Assembly: GCA_977018835.1 (NCBI GenBank)
Contig: OZ361257.1
Location: 4,774,001-4,838,000, forward strand
Direction: 5' to 3'
Length of the DNA stretch: 64,000 nt
From: Minutocellus sp. GHC0000111
Lineage: Eukaryota
Below the pieces are notes generated by a model. The model was not told the DNA's origin, did not search any database, and saw nothing but the letters and a program-made list of their open reading frames with translations. Numbering within the stretch: position 1 is the first letter of the stretch; each line of letters starts with the position of its first letter. The translations under genes and the position numbers were made by a program. This document shows positions 11,401 to 26,400 of the stretch, in pieces.

Positions 11401-14400
11401 ATGCATTCCTTGCTGCTCTCACATGGCAATGAATGGAACATAAGCTTTGGTAGAGATCAGGGTGCTCCTATGGTCAAATGTGAGTTGATCCAGTTAGGAG
11501 CGCCCTAGCTTTCCCAACGCTGCTGGCGACGCCCACACCACCCACAAAGATGCGTGCTTTGGCTGCAGTGCAATCACAGGACACTGCTCACCACATGCAT
11601 TCCTTGCTGCTCTCACATGGCAATGAATGGAACATAAGCTTTGGAAGAGATCAGGGTGCTGCTATGGTCAAACATGAATTGCTCCAGTTAGGAGCGCCCT
11701 AGATAGTTTGTCCAACGCTGCTGGAAACGCCCCCACCACCCACAAAGATGAGTGCTTTGGCTGCAGTGCAATCACAGGACACTGCTCAACACATGCATTC
11801 CTTGCTGCTCTCACATGGCAATTAATGGAACATAAGCTTTGGTAGAGATCAGGGTGCTTCTATGGTCAAATGTGAGTTGCTCCAGTTAGGAGCGCCCTGG
11901 CTTTCCCAACGCTGCTGGCGACGCCCACACCACCCACTAAGATGCGTGCTTTGGCTGCAGTGCAATCACTGGACACTGCTCACCACATGCATTCCTTGCT
12001 GCTCTCACATGGCAATGAATGGAACCTAAGCTTTGGTAGAGATCAGGGTGCTGCCATGGTCAAATATGAGTTGCTCCAGTTAGGAGCGCCCTAGCTTTCC
12101 CAACGCTGCTGGCGACGCCCACACCACCCACAAAGATGCGTGCTTTGGCTGCAGTGCAATCACTGGACACTGCTCACCACATGCATTCGTTGCTGCTCTC
12201 ACATGGCAATGAATGGAACACAAGCTTTGGTAGAGATAAGGGTGCTCCTATGGTCAAACATGGGTTGCTCCAGCAAGCAGCGCCCTGATTTTCCCAACGC
12301 TGCTGGCGACGCCCACACCACCCACAAAGATGAGTGCTTTGGCTGCAGTGCAATCACTGGACACTGCTCACCACATGCATTCCTTGCTGCTCTCACATGG
12401 CAATGAATGGAACATAAGCTTTGGTAGATATCAGGGTGCTCCTATGGTCAAATGTGAGTTGCTCTAGTTAGGAGCGCCCTGCTTTTCCCAACGCTGCTGG
12501 CGACGCCCACACCACCCACAAAGATGAGTGCTTTGGCTGCAGTGCAATCACAGGACACTGCTCACCACATGCATTCCTTGCTGCTCTCACATGGCAATGA
12601 ATGGAACATAAGCTTTGGTAGAGATCAGGGTGCTGCCATGGTCAAATATGAGTTGCTCCAGTTAGGAGCGCCCTAGCTTTCCCAACGCTGCTGGCGACGC
12701 CCACACCACCCACAAAGATGCGTGCTTTGGCTGCAGTGCAATCACTGGACACTGCTCACCACATGCATTCGTTGCTGCTCTCACATGGCAATGAATGGAA
12801 CACAAGCTTTGGTAGAGATAAGGGTGCTCCTATGGTCAAACATGGGTTGCTCCAGCAAGCAGCGCCCTGATTTTCCCAACGCTGCTGGCGACGCCCACAC
12901 CACCCACAAAGATGAGTGCTTTGGCTGCAGTGCAATCACAGGACACTGCTCAACACATGCATTCGTTGCTGATCTCACATGGCAATGAATGGAACATAAG
13001 CTTTGGAAGAGATCAGGGTGCTGCTATGGTCAAACATGAATTGCTCCAGTTAGGAGCGCCCTAGATAGTTTGTCCAACGCTGCTGGCGACGCCCACACCA
13101 CCCACAAAGATGAGTGCTTTGGCTGCAGTGCAATCACAGGACACTGCTCACCACATGCATTCCTTGCTGCTCTCACATGGCAATGAATGGAACATAAGCT
13201 TTGGTAGAGATCAGGGTGCTGCTATGGTCAAACATGAATTGCTCCAGTTAGGAGCGCAATAGTTTTCCCAACGATGCTGGCGACGCCCACACCACCCACA
13301 AAGATGAGTGCTTTGGCTGCAGTGCAATCACAGGACACTGCTCACCACATGCATTCCTTGCTGCTCTCACATGGCAATGAATGGAACATAAGCTTTGGTA
13401 GAGATCAGGGTGCTCCTATGGTCAAATGTGAGTTGATCCAGTTAGGACAGCCCTAACTTTCCCAACGCTGCTGGCGACGCCCACACCACCCACAAAGATG
13501 CGTGCTTTGGCTGCAGTGCAATCACAGGACACTGCTCACCACATGCATTCCTTGCTGCTCTCACATGGCAATGAATGGAACATAAGCTTTGGTAGAGATC
13601 AGGGTGCTCCTATGGTCAAATGTGAGTTGCTCCAGTTAGGAGCGCCCTGGCTTTCCCAACGCTGCTGGCGACGCCCACACCACCCACAAAGATGCGTGCT
13701 TTGGCTGCAGTGCAATCACAGGACACTGCTCACCACATGCATTCCTTGCTGCTCTCACATGGCAATGAATGGAACATAAGCTTTGGAAGAGATCAGGGTG
13801 CTGCTATGGTCAAACATGAATTGCTCCAGTTAGGAGCGCCCTAGATAGTTTGTCCAACGCTGCTGGCGACGCCCCCACCACCCACAAAGATGAGTGCTTT
13901 GGCTGCAGTGCAATCACAGGACACTGCTCAACACATGCATTCCTTGCTGCTCTCACATGGCAATTAATGGAACATAAGCTTTGGTAGAGATCAGGGTGCT
14001 TCTATGGTCAAATGTGAGTTGCTCCAGTTAGGAGCGCCCTGGCTTTCCCAACGCTGCTGGCGACGCCCACACCACCCACAAAGATGCGTGCTTTGGCTGC
14101 AGTGCAATCACTGGACACTGCTCACCACATGCATTCCTTGCTGCTCTCACATGGCAATGAATGGAACATAAGCTTTGGTAGAGATCAGGGTGCTGCCATG
14201 GTCAAATATGAGTTGCTCCAGTTAGGAGCGCCCTAGCTTTCCCAACGCTGCTGGCGACGCCCACACCACCCACAAAGATGCGTGCTTTGGCTGCAGTGCA
14301 ATCACTGGACACTGCTCACCACATGCATTCGTTGCTGCTCTCACATGGCAATGAATGGAACACAAGCTTTGGTAGAGATAAGGGTGCTCCTATGGTCAAA

Positions 14401-17400
14401 CATGGGTTGCTCCAGCAAGCAGCGCCCTGATTTTCCCAACGCTGCTGGCGACGCCCACACCACCCACAAAGATGAGTGCTTTGGCTGCAGTGCAATCACT
14501 GGACACTGCTCACCACATGCATTCCTTGCTGCTCTCACATGGCAATGAATGGAACATAAGCTTTGGTAGATATCAGGGTGCTCCTATGGTCAAATGTGAG
14601 TTGCTCTAGTTAGGAGCGCCCTGCTTTTCCCAACGCTGCTGGCGACGCCCACACCACCCACAAAGATGAGTGCTTTGGCTGCAGTGCAATCACAGGACAC
14701 TGCTCACCACATGCATTCCTTGCTGCTCTCACATGGCAATGAATGGAACATAAGCTTTGGTAGAGATCAGGGTGCTGCTATGGTCAAACATGAATTGCTC
14801 CAGTTAGGAGCGCAATAGTTTTCCCAACGATGCTGGCGACGCCCACACCACCCACAAAGATGAGTGCTTTGGCTGCAGTGCAATCACAGGACACTGCTCA
14901 CCACATGCATTCCTTGCTGATCTCACATGGCAATGAATGGAACATAAGCTTTGGTAGAGATCAGGGTGCTCCTATGGTCAAACATGAATTGCTCCAGTTA
15001 GGAGCGCCCTAGATAGTTTGTCCAACGCTGCTGGCGACGCCCCCACCACCCACAAAGATGAGTGCTTTGGCTGCAGTGCAATCACAGGACACTGCTCAAC
15101 ACATGCATTCGTTGCTGATCTCACATGGCAATGAATGGAACATAAGCTTTGGAAGAGATCAGGGTGCTGCTATGGTCAAACATGAATTGCTCCAGTTAGG
15201 AGCGCCCTAGATAGTTTGTCCAACGCTGCTGGCGACGCCCACACCACCCACAAAGATGAGTGCTTTGGCTGCAGTGCAATCACAGGACACTGCTCAACAC
15301 ATGCATTCCTTGCTGCTCTCACATGGCAATGAATGGAACATAAGCTTTGGTAGAGATCAGGGTGCTCCTATGGTCAAATGTGAGTTGATCCAGTTAGGAC
15401 AGCCCTAACTTTCCCAACGCTGCTGGCGACGCCCACACCACCCACAAAGATGCGTGCTTTGGCTGCAGTGCAATCACAGGACACTGCTCACCACATGCAT
15501 TCCTTGCTGCTCTCACATGGCAATGAATGGAACATAAGCTTTGGTAGAGATCAGGGTGCTTCTATGGTCAAATGTGAGTTGCTCCAGTTAGGAGCGCCCT
15601 GGCTTTCCCAACGCTGCTGGCGACGCCCACACCACCCACAAAGATGCGTGCTTTGGCTGCAGTGCAATCACTGGACACTGCTCACCACATGCATTCCTTG
15701 CTGCTCTCACATGGCAATGAATGGAACATAAGCTTTGGTAGAGATCAGGGTGCTGCCATGGTCAAATATGAGTTGCTCCAGTTAGGAGCGCCCTAGCTTT
15801 CCCAACGCTGCTGGCGACGCCCACACCACCCACAAAGATGAGTGCTTTGGCTGCAGTGCAATCACTGGACACTGCTCACCACATGCATTCCTTGCTGCTC
15901 TCACATGGCAATGAATGGAACATAAGCTTTGGTAGATATCAGGGTGCTCCTATGGTCAAATGTGAGTTGCTCTAGTTAGGAGCGCCCTAGCTTTCCCAAC
16001 GCTGCTGGCGACGCCCACACCACCCACAAAGATACGTGCTTTGGCTGCAGTGCAATCACAAGACACTGCTCACCACATGCATTTCTTGCTGCTCTCACAT
16101 GGCAATGAATGGAACATAAGCTTTGGTAGAGATCAGGGTGCTGCTATGGTCAAACATGAGTTGCTCCAGTTAGGAGCGCCCTGGCTTTCCCAACGCTGCT
16201 GGCGACGCCCACACCACCCACAAAGATGCGTGCTTTGGCTGCAGTGCAATCACAAGACACTGCTCACCACATGCATTCCTTGCTGCTCTCACATGGCAAT
16301 GAATGGAACATAAGCTTTGGTAGAGATCAGGGTGCTGCTATGGTCAAATGTGAGTTGCTCCGGTTAGGAGCGCCCTAGCTTTCCCAACGCTGCTGGCGAC
16401 GCCCACACCACCCACAAAGATGAGTGCTTTGGCCGAAGTACAATCACTGGACACTGCTCACCACATGCATTCCTTGCTGCTCTCACATGGCAATGAATGG
16501 AACAGAAGCTTTGGTAGAGATCAGGGTGCTGCTATGGTCAAATATGAGTTGCTCCAGTTAGGACAGCCCTAACTTCCCCAACGCTGCTGGCGACACCCAC
16601 ACCACCCACAAAGATGCGTGCTTTGGCTGCAGTGCAATCACAGGACACTGCTCAACACATGCATTCCTTGCTGCTCTCACATGGCAATTAATGGAACGTA
16701 AGCTTTGGTAGAGATCAGGGTGCTCCTATGGTCAAATGTGAGTTGCTCCAGTTAGGAGCGCCCTGGCTTTCCCAACGCTGCTGGCGACGCCCCCACCACC
16801 CACAAAGATGAGTGCTTTGGCTGCGGTGCAATCACTGGACACTGCTCACCACATGCATTCCTTGCTGCTCTCACATGGCAATGAATGGAACATAAGCTTT
16901 GGTAGAGATCAGGGTGCTGCCATGGTCAAATATGAGTTGCTCCAGTTAGGAGCGCCCTAGCTTTCCCAACGCTGCTGGCGACGCCCACACCACCCACAAA
17001 GATGCGTGCTTTGGCTGCAGTGCAATCACTGGACACTGCTCACCACATGCATTCGTTGCTGCTCTCACATGGCAATGAATGGAACACAAGCTTTGGTAGA
17101 GATAAGGGTGCTCCTGTGGTCAAACATGGGTTGCTCCAGCAAGCAGCGCCCTGATTTTCCCAACGCTGCTGGCGACGCCCACACCACCCACAAAGATGAG
17201 TGCTTTGGCTGCAGTGCAATCACTGGACACTGCTCACCACATGCATTCCTTGCTGCTCTCACATGGCAATGAATGGAACATAAGCTTTGGTAGATATCAG
17301 GGTGCTCCTATGGTCAAATGTGAGTTGCTCTAGTTAGGAGCGCCCTAGCTTTCCCAACGCTGCTGCCGACGCCCACACCACCCACAAAGATGAGTGCTTT

Positions 17401-20400
17401 GGCTGCAGTGCAATCACAAGACACTGCTCACCACATGCATTTCTTGCTGCTCTCACATGGCAATGAATGGAACATAAGCTTTGGTAGAGATCAGGGTGCT
17501 GCTATGGTCAAATATGAGTTGCTCCAGTTAGGACAGCCCTAACTTCCCCAACGCTGCTGGCGACACCCACACCACCCACAAAGATGCGTGCTTTGGCTGC
17601 AGTGCAATCACAGGACACTGCTCAACACATGCATTCCTTGCTGCTCTCACATGGCAATTAATGGAACGTAAGCTTTGGTAGAGATCAGGGTGCTCCTATG
17701 GTCAAATGTGAGTTGCTCCAGTTAGGAGCGCCCTGGCTTTCCCAACGCTGCTGGCGACGCCCCCACCACCCACAAAGATGAGTGCTTTGGCTGCGGTGCA
17801 ATCACTGGACACTGCTCACCACATGCATTCCTTGCTGCTCTCACATGGCAATGAACGGAACATAAGCTTTGGTAGAGATCAGGGTGCTCCTAAGGTCAAA
17901 TGTGAGTTGCTCCTGTTAGGAGCGCCCTGATTTTCCCAACGCTGCTGGCGACGCCCACACCACCCACAAAGATGAGTGCTTTGGCTGCAGTGCAATCACA
18001 GGACACTGCTCACCACATGCATTCCTTGCTGCTCTCACATGGCAATGAATGGAACACAAGCTTTGGTAGAGATCAGGGTGCTCCTATGGTCAAATGTGAA
18101 TTGCCCCAGTTAGGAGCGCCCTAGTTGTCCAAACGCTTCTGCTGGCGATGCCCACGCCACCCAAAAAGATGAGTGCTTTGGCTGCAGTGCAATCACAGGA
18201 CACTGCTCACCACATGCATTTCTTGCTGCTCTCACATGGCAATGAATGGAACATAAGCTTTGGTAGAGATCAGGGTGCTCCTATGGTCAAATGTGAGTTG
18301 ATCCAGTTAGGACAGCCCTAACTTTCCCAACGCTGCTGGCGACGCCCACACCACCCACAAAGATGCGTGCTTTGGCTGCAGTGCAATCACAGGACACTGC
18401 TCACCACATGCATTCCTTGCTGCTCTCACATGGCAATGAATGGAACATAAGCTTTGGTAGAGATCAGGGTGCTCCTATGGTCAAATGTGAGTTGATCCAG
18501 TTAGGACAGCCCTAACTTTCCCAACGCTGCTGGCGACGCCCACACCACCCACAAAGATGCGTGCTTTGGCTGCAGTGCAATCACAGGACACTGCTCACCA
18601 CATGCATTCCTTGCTGCTCTCACATGGCAATGAATGGAACATAAGCTTTGGTAGAGATCAGGGTGCTCCTATTGTCAAATGTGAGTTGCTCCAGTTAGGA
18701 GCGACCCCTAGCTTTCCCAACGCTGCTGAAGACACCCACACCACCCACAAAGATGCGTGCTTTGGCTGCAGTGCAATCACAGGACACTGCTCACCACATG
18801 CATTCCTTGCTGCTCTCACATGGCAATGAATGGAACATAAGCTTTGGTAGAGATCAGGGTGCTCCTATGGTCAAATGTGAGTTGCCCCAGTTAGGAGCGC
18901 CCTAGTTGTCCCAACGCTTCTGCTGGCGATGCCCACGCCACCCACGAAGATGAGTGCTTTGGCTGCAGTGCAATCACAGGACACTGCTCACCACATGCAT
19001 TTCTTGCTGCTCTCACATGGCAATGAATGGAACATAAGCTTCCTGGCGACGCCAACACCACCCACAAAGATGCGTGCTTTGGCTGCAGTGCAATCACTGG
19101 ACACTGCTCACCACATGCATTCCTTGCTGCTCTCACATGGCAATGAATGGAACACAAGCTTTGGTAGAGATCAGGGTGCTCCTGTGGTCAAACATGGGTT
19201 GCTCCAGCAAGCAGCGCCCTGATTTTCCCAACGCTGCTGGCGACGCCCACACCACCCACAAAGATGCGTGCTTTGGCTGCAGTGCAACCACAGGACACTG
19301 CTCACCACATGCATTCCTTGCTGCTCTCACATGGCAATGAATGGAACATAAGCTTTGGTAGAGATCAGGGTGCTCCTATGGTCAAATGTGAGTTGCTCCA
19401 GTTAGGAGCGCCCTAGCTTTCCCAACGCTGCCGGTGACGCCCACACCACCCACAAAGATGCGTGCTTTGGCTGCAGTGCAATCACTGGACACTGCTCACC
19501 ACATGCATTCCTTGCTGCTCTCACATGGCAATGAATGGAACATAAGCTTTGGTAGAGATCAGGGTGCTCCTATGGTCAAATGTGAGTTGCTCTGGTTAGG
19601 AGCGCCCTAGCTTTCCCAACGCTGCTGGCGACACCCACACCACCCACAAAGATGCGTGCTTTGGCTGCAGTGCAATCACAGGACACTGCTCACCACATGC
19701 ATTTCTTGCTGCTCTCACATGGCAATGAATGGAACATAAGCTTTGGTAGAGATCAGGTTGCTGCTATTGTCAAATGTGAGTTGCTCCGGTTAGGAGCGCC
19801 CTAGTTGTCCCAACGCTGCTGCTGGCGATGCCCACGCCACCCACAAAGATGAGTGCTTTGGCTGCAGTGCAATCACAGGACACTGCTCACCACATGCATT
19901 TCTTGCTGCTCTCACATGGCAATGAATGGAACATAAGCTTTGGTAGAGATCAGGGCACTCCTATGGTCAAACATGAGTTGCTCCAGTTAGGAGCGCCCTA
20001 GTTTTCCCAACGCTGCTGGCGACGCCCACACCACCCACAAAGATGCGTGCTCTGGCTGCAGTGCAACCACAGGACACTGCTCACCACATGCATTCCTTGC
20101 TGCTCTCACATGGCAATGAATGGAACATAAGCTTTGGTAGAGATCAGGGTGCTGCTATGGTCAAATATGAGTTGCTCCAGTAAGGAGCGCCCTGCTTTTC
20201 CCAACGCTGCTGGCGACGCCCACACCACCCACAAAGATGAGTGCTTTGGCTGCAGTGCAATCACAGGACACTGCTCACCACATGCATTCCTTGCTGCTCT
20301 CACATGGCAATGAATGGAACATAAGCTTTGGTAGAGATCAGGGTGCTGCTATGGTCAAACATGAATTGCTCCAGTTAGGAGCGCAATAGTTTTCCCAACG

Positions 20401-23400
20401 ATGCTGGCGACGCCCACACCACCCACAAAGATGAGTGCTTTGGCTGCAGTGCAATCACAGGACACTGCTCACCACATGCATTCCTTGCTGCTCTCACATG
20501 GCAATGAATGGAACATAAGCTTTGGTAGAGATCAGGGTGCTCCTATGGTCAAATGTGAGTTGATCCAGTTAGGACAGCCCTAACTTTCCCAACGCTGCTG
20601 GCGACGCCCACACCACCCACAAAGATGCGTGCTTTGGCTGCAGTGCAATCACAGGACACTGCTCACCACATGCATTCCTTGCTGCTCTCACATGGCAATG
20701 AATGGAACATAAGCTTTGGTAGAGATCAGGGTGCTCCTATGGTCAAATGTGAGTTGCTCCAGTTAGGAGCGCCCTGGCTTTCCCAACGCTGCTGGCGACG
20801 CCCACACCACCCACAAAGATGCGTGCTTTGGCTGCAGTGCAATCACAGGACACTGCTCACCACATGCATTCCTTGCTGCTCTCACATGGCAATGAATGGA
20901 ACATAAGCTTTGGAAGAGATCAGGGTGCTGCTATGGTCAAACATGAATTGCTCCAGTTAGGAGCGCCCTAGATAGTTTGTCCAACGCTGCTGGCGACGCC
21001 CCCACCACCCACAAAGATGAGTGCTTTGGCTGCAGTGCAATCACAGGACACTGCTCAACACATGCATTCCTTGCTGCTCTCACATGGCAATTAATGGAAC
21101 ATAAGCTTTGGTAGAGATCAGGGTGCTTCTATGGTCAAATGTGAGTTGCTCCAGTTAGGAGCGCCCTGGCTTTCCCAACGCTGCTGGCGACGCCCACACC
21201 ACCCACAAAGATGCGTGCTTTGGCTGCAGTGCAATCACTGGACACTGCTCACCACATGCATTCCTTGCTGCTCTCACATGGCAATGAATGGAACATAAGC
21301 TTTGGTAGATATCAGGGTGCTCCTATGGTCAAATGTGAGTTGCTCTAGTTAGGAGCGCCCTGCTTTTCCCAACGCTGCTGGCGACGCCCACACCACCCAC
21401 AAAGATGCGTGCCTTGGCTGCAGTGCAATCACAGGACACTGCTCACCACATGCATTCCTTGCTGCTCTCACATGGCAATGAATGGAACATAAGCTTTGGT
21501 AGAGATCAGGGTGCTCCTATGGTCAAATGTGAGTTGCTCCAGTTAGGAGCGCCCTAGCTTTCCCAACGCTGCCGGTGACGCCCACACCACCCACAAAGAT
21601 GCGTGCTTTGGCTGCAGTGCAATCACTGGACACTGCTCACCACATGCATTCCTTGCTGCTCTCACATGGCAATGAATGGAACATAAGCTTTGGTAGAGAT
21701 CAGGGTGCTGCTATGGTCAAACATGAATTGCTCCAGTTAGGAGCGCAATAGTTTTCCCAACGATGCTGGCGACGCCCACACCACCCACAAAGATGAGTGC
21801 TTTGGCTGCAGTGCAATCACAGGACACTGCTCACCACATGCATTCCTTGCTGCTCTCACATGGCAATGAATTGAACATAAGCTTTGGTAGAGATCAGGGT
21901 GCTCCTATGGTCAAACATGAATTGCTCCAGTTAGGAGCGCCCTAGATAGTTTGTCCAACGCTGCTGGCGACGCCCCCACCACCCACAAAGATGAGTGCTT
22001 TGGCTGCAGTGCAATCACAGGACACTGCTCAACACATGCATTCGTTGCTGCTCTCACATGGCAATGAATGGAACATAAGCTTTGGAAGAGATCAGGGTGC
22101 TGCTATGGTCAAACATGAATTGCTCCAGTTAGGAGCGCCCAAGATAGTTTGTCCAACGCTGCTGGCGACGCCCCCACCACCCACAAAGATGAGTGCTTTG
22201 GCTGCAGTGCAATCACAGGACACTGCTCAACACATGCATTCCTTGCTGCTCTCACATGGCAATGAATGGAACATAAGCTTTGGTAGAGATCAGGGTGCTC
22301 CTATGGTCAAATGTGAGTTGATCCAGTTAGGACAGCCCTAACTTTCCCAACGCTGCTGGCGACGCCCACACCACCCACAAAGATGCGTGCTTTGGCTGCA
22401 GTGCAATCACAGGACACTGCTCACCACATGCATTCCTTGCTGCTCTCACATGGCAATGAATGGAACATAAGCTTTGGTAGAGATCAGGGTGCTGCCATGG
22501 TCAAATATGAGTTGCTCCAGTTAGGAGCGCCCTAGCTTTCCCAACGCTGCTGGCGACGCCCACACCACCCACAAAGATGCGTGCTTTGGCTGCAGTGCAA
22601 TCACTGGACACTGCTCACCACATGCATTCGTTGCTGCTCTCACATGGCAATGAATGGAACACAAGCTTTGGTAGAGATAAGGGTGCTCCTGTGGTCAAAC
22701 ATGGGTTGCTCCAGCAAGCAGCGCCCTGATTTTCCCAACGCTGCTGGCGACGCCCACACCACCCACAAAGATGAGTGCTTTGGCTGCAGTGCAATCACAG
22801 GACACTGCTCACCACATGCATTCCTTGCTGCTCTCACATGGCAATGAATGGAACACAAGCTTTGGTAGAGATCAGGGTGCTCCTATGGTCAAATGTGAAT
22901 TGCCCCAGTTAGGAGCGCCCTAGTTGTCCAAACGCTTCTGCTGGCGATGCCCACGCCACCCAAAAAGATGAGTGCTTTGGCTGCAGTGCAATCACAGGAC
23001 ACTGCTCACCACATGCATTTCTTGCTGCTCTCACATGGCAATGAATGGAACATAAGCTTTGGTAGAGATCAGGGTGCTCCTATGGTCAAATGTGAGTTGA
23101 TCCAGTTAGGACAGCCCTAACTTTCCCAACGCTGCTGGCGACGCCCACACCACCCACAAAGATGCGTGCTTTGGCTGCAGTGCAATCACAGGACACTGCT
23201 CACCACATGCATTCCTTGCTGCTCTCACATGGCAATGAATGGAACATAAGCTTTGGTAGAGATCAGGGTGCTCCTATGGTCAAATGTGAGTTGATCCAGT
23301 TAGGACAGCCCTAACTTTCCCAACGCTGCTGGCGACGCCCACACCACCCACAAAGATGCGTGCTTTGGCTGCAGTGCAATCACAGGACACTGCTCACCAC

Positions 23401-26400
23401 ATGCATTCCTTGCTGCTCTCACATGGCAATGAATGGAACATAAGCTTTGGTAGAGATCAGGGTGCTCCTATTGTCAAATGTGAGTTGCTCCAGTTAGGAG
23501 CGACCCCTAGCTTTCCCAACGCTGCTGAAGACACCCACACCACCCACAAAGATGCGTGCTTTGGCTGCAGTGCAATCACAGGACACTGCTCACCACATGC
23601 ATTCCTTGCTGCTCTCACATGGCAATGAATGGAACATAAGCTTTGGTAGAGATCAGGGTGCTCCTATGGTCAAATGTGAGTTGCCCCAGTTAGGAGCGCC
23701 CTAGTTGTCCCAACGCTTCTGCTGGCGATGCCCACGCCACCCACGAAGATGAGTGCTTTGGCTGCAGTGCAATCACAGGACACTGCTCACCACATGCATT
23801 CCTTGCTGCTCTCACATGGCAATGAATGGAACATAAGCTTCCTGGCGACGCCAACACCACCCACAAAGATGCGTGCTTTGGCTGCAGTGCAATCACTGGA
23901 CACTGCTCACCACATGCATTCCTTGCTGCTCTCACATGGCAATGAATGGAACACAAGCTTTGGTAGAGATCAGGGTGCTCCTGTGGTCAAACATGGGTTG
24001 CTCCAGCAAGCAGCGCCCTGATTTTCCCAACGCTGCTGGCGACGCCCACACCACCCACAAAGATGCGTGCTTTGGCTGCAGTGCAACCACAGGACACTGC
24101 TCACCACATGCATTCCTTGCTGCTCTCACATGGCAATGAATGGAACATAAGCTTTGGTAGATATCAGGGTGCTCCTATGGTCAAATGTGAGTTGCTCCAG
24201 TTAGGAGCGCCCTAGCTTTCCCAACGCTGCTGGTGACGCCCACACCACCCACAAAGATGCGTGCTTTGGCTGCAGTGCAATCACTGGACACTGCTCACCA
24301 CATGCATTCCTTGCTGCTCTCACATGGCAATGAATGGAACATAAGCTTTGGTAGAGATCAGGGTGCTGCTATTGTCAAATGTGAGTTGCTCCGGTTAGGA
24401 GCGCCCTAGCTTTCCCAACGCTGCTGGCGACACCCACACCACCCACAAAGATGCGTGCTTTGGCTGCAGTGCAATCACAGGACACTGCTCACCACATGCA
24501 TTTCTTGCTGCTCTCACATGGCAATGAATGGAACATAAGCTTTGGTAGAGATCAGGTTGCTGCTATTGTCAAATGTGAGTTGCTCCGGTTAGGAGCGCCC
24601 TAGTTGTCCCAACGCTGCTGCTGGCGATGCCCACGCCACCCACAAAGATGAGTGCTTTGGCTGCAGTGCAATCACAGGACACTGCTCACCACATGCATTT
24701 CTTGCTGCTCTCACATGGCAATGAATGGAACATAAGCTTTGGTAGAGATCAGGGCACTCCTATGGTCAAACATGAGTTGCTCCAGTTAGGAGCGCCCTAG
24801 TTTTCCCAACGCTGCTGGCGACGCCCACACCACCCACAAAGATGCGTGCTCTGGCTGCAGTGCAACCACAGGACACTGCTCACCACATGCATTCCTTGCT
24901 GCTCTCACATGGCAATGAATGGAACATAAGCTTTGGTAGAGATCAGGGTGCTGCTATGGTCAAATATGAGTTGCTCCAGTAAGGAGCGCCCTGCTTTTCC
25001 CAACGCTGCTGGCGACGCCCACACCACCCACAAAGATGAGTGCTTTGGCTGCAGTGCAATCACAGGACACTGCTCACCACATGCATTCCTTGCTGCTCTC
25101 ACATGGCAATGAATGGAACACAAGCTTTGGTAGAGATCAGGGTGCTCCTATGGTCAAATGTGAATTGCCCCAGTTAGGAGCGCCCTAGTTGTCCAAACGC
25201 TTCTGCTGGCGATGCCCACGCCACCCAAAAAGATGAGTGCTTTGGCTGCAGTGCAATCACAGGACACTGCTCACCACATGCATTTCTTGCTGCTCTCACA
25301 TGGCAATGAATGGAACATAAGCTTTGGTAGAGATCAGGGTGCTCCTATGGTCAAATGTGAGTTGATCCAGTTAGGACAGCCCTAACTTTCCCAACGCTGC
25401 TGGCGACGCCCACACCACCCACAAAGATGCGTGCTTTGGCTGCAGTGCAATCACAGGACACTGCTCACCACATGCATTCCTTGCTGCTCTCACATGGCAA
25501 TGAATGGAACATAAGCTTTGGTAGAGATCAGGGTGCTCCTATGGTCAAATGTGAGTTGCTCCAGTTAGGAGCGCCCTGGCTTTCCCAACGCTGCTGGCGA
25601 CGCCCACACCACCCACAAAGATGCGTGCTTTGGCTGCAGTGCAATCACAGGACACTGCTCACCACATGCATTCCTTGCTGCTCTCACATGGCAATGAATG
25701 GAACATAAGCTTTGGAAGAGATCAGGGTGCTGCTATGGTCAAACATGAATTGCTCCAGTTAGGAGCGCCCTAGATAGTTTGTCCAACGCTGCTGGCGACG
25801 CCCCCACCACCCACAAAGATGAGTGCTTTGGCTGCAGTGCAATCACAGGACACTGCTCAACACATGCATTCCTTGCTGCTCTCACATGGCAATTAATGGA
25901 ACATAAGCTTTGGTAGAGATCAGGGTGCTTCTATGGTCAAATGTGAGTTGCTCCAGTTAGGAGCGCCCTGGCTTTCCCAACGCTGCTGGCGACGCCCACA
26001 CCACCCACAAAGATGAGTGCTTTGGCTGCAGTGCAATCACTGGACACTGCTCACCACATGCATTCCTTGCTGCTCTCACATGGCAATGAATGGAACATAA
26101 GCTTTGGTAGATATCAGGGTGCTCCTATGGTCAAATGTGAGTTGCTCTAGTTAGGAGCGCCCTGGCTTTCCCAACGCTGCTGGCGACGCCCACACCACCC
26201 ACAAAGATGAGTGCTTTGGCTGCAGTGCAATCACAGGACACTGCTCACCACATGCATTCCTTGCTGCTCTCACATGGCAATGAATGGAACATAAGCTTTG
26301 GAAGAGATCAGGGTGCTGCTATGGTCAAACATGAATTGCTCCAGTTAGGAGCGCCCTAGATAGTTTGTCCAACGCTGCTGGCGACGCCCCCACCACCCAC

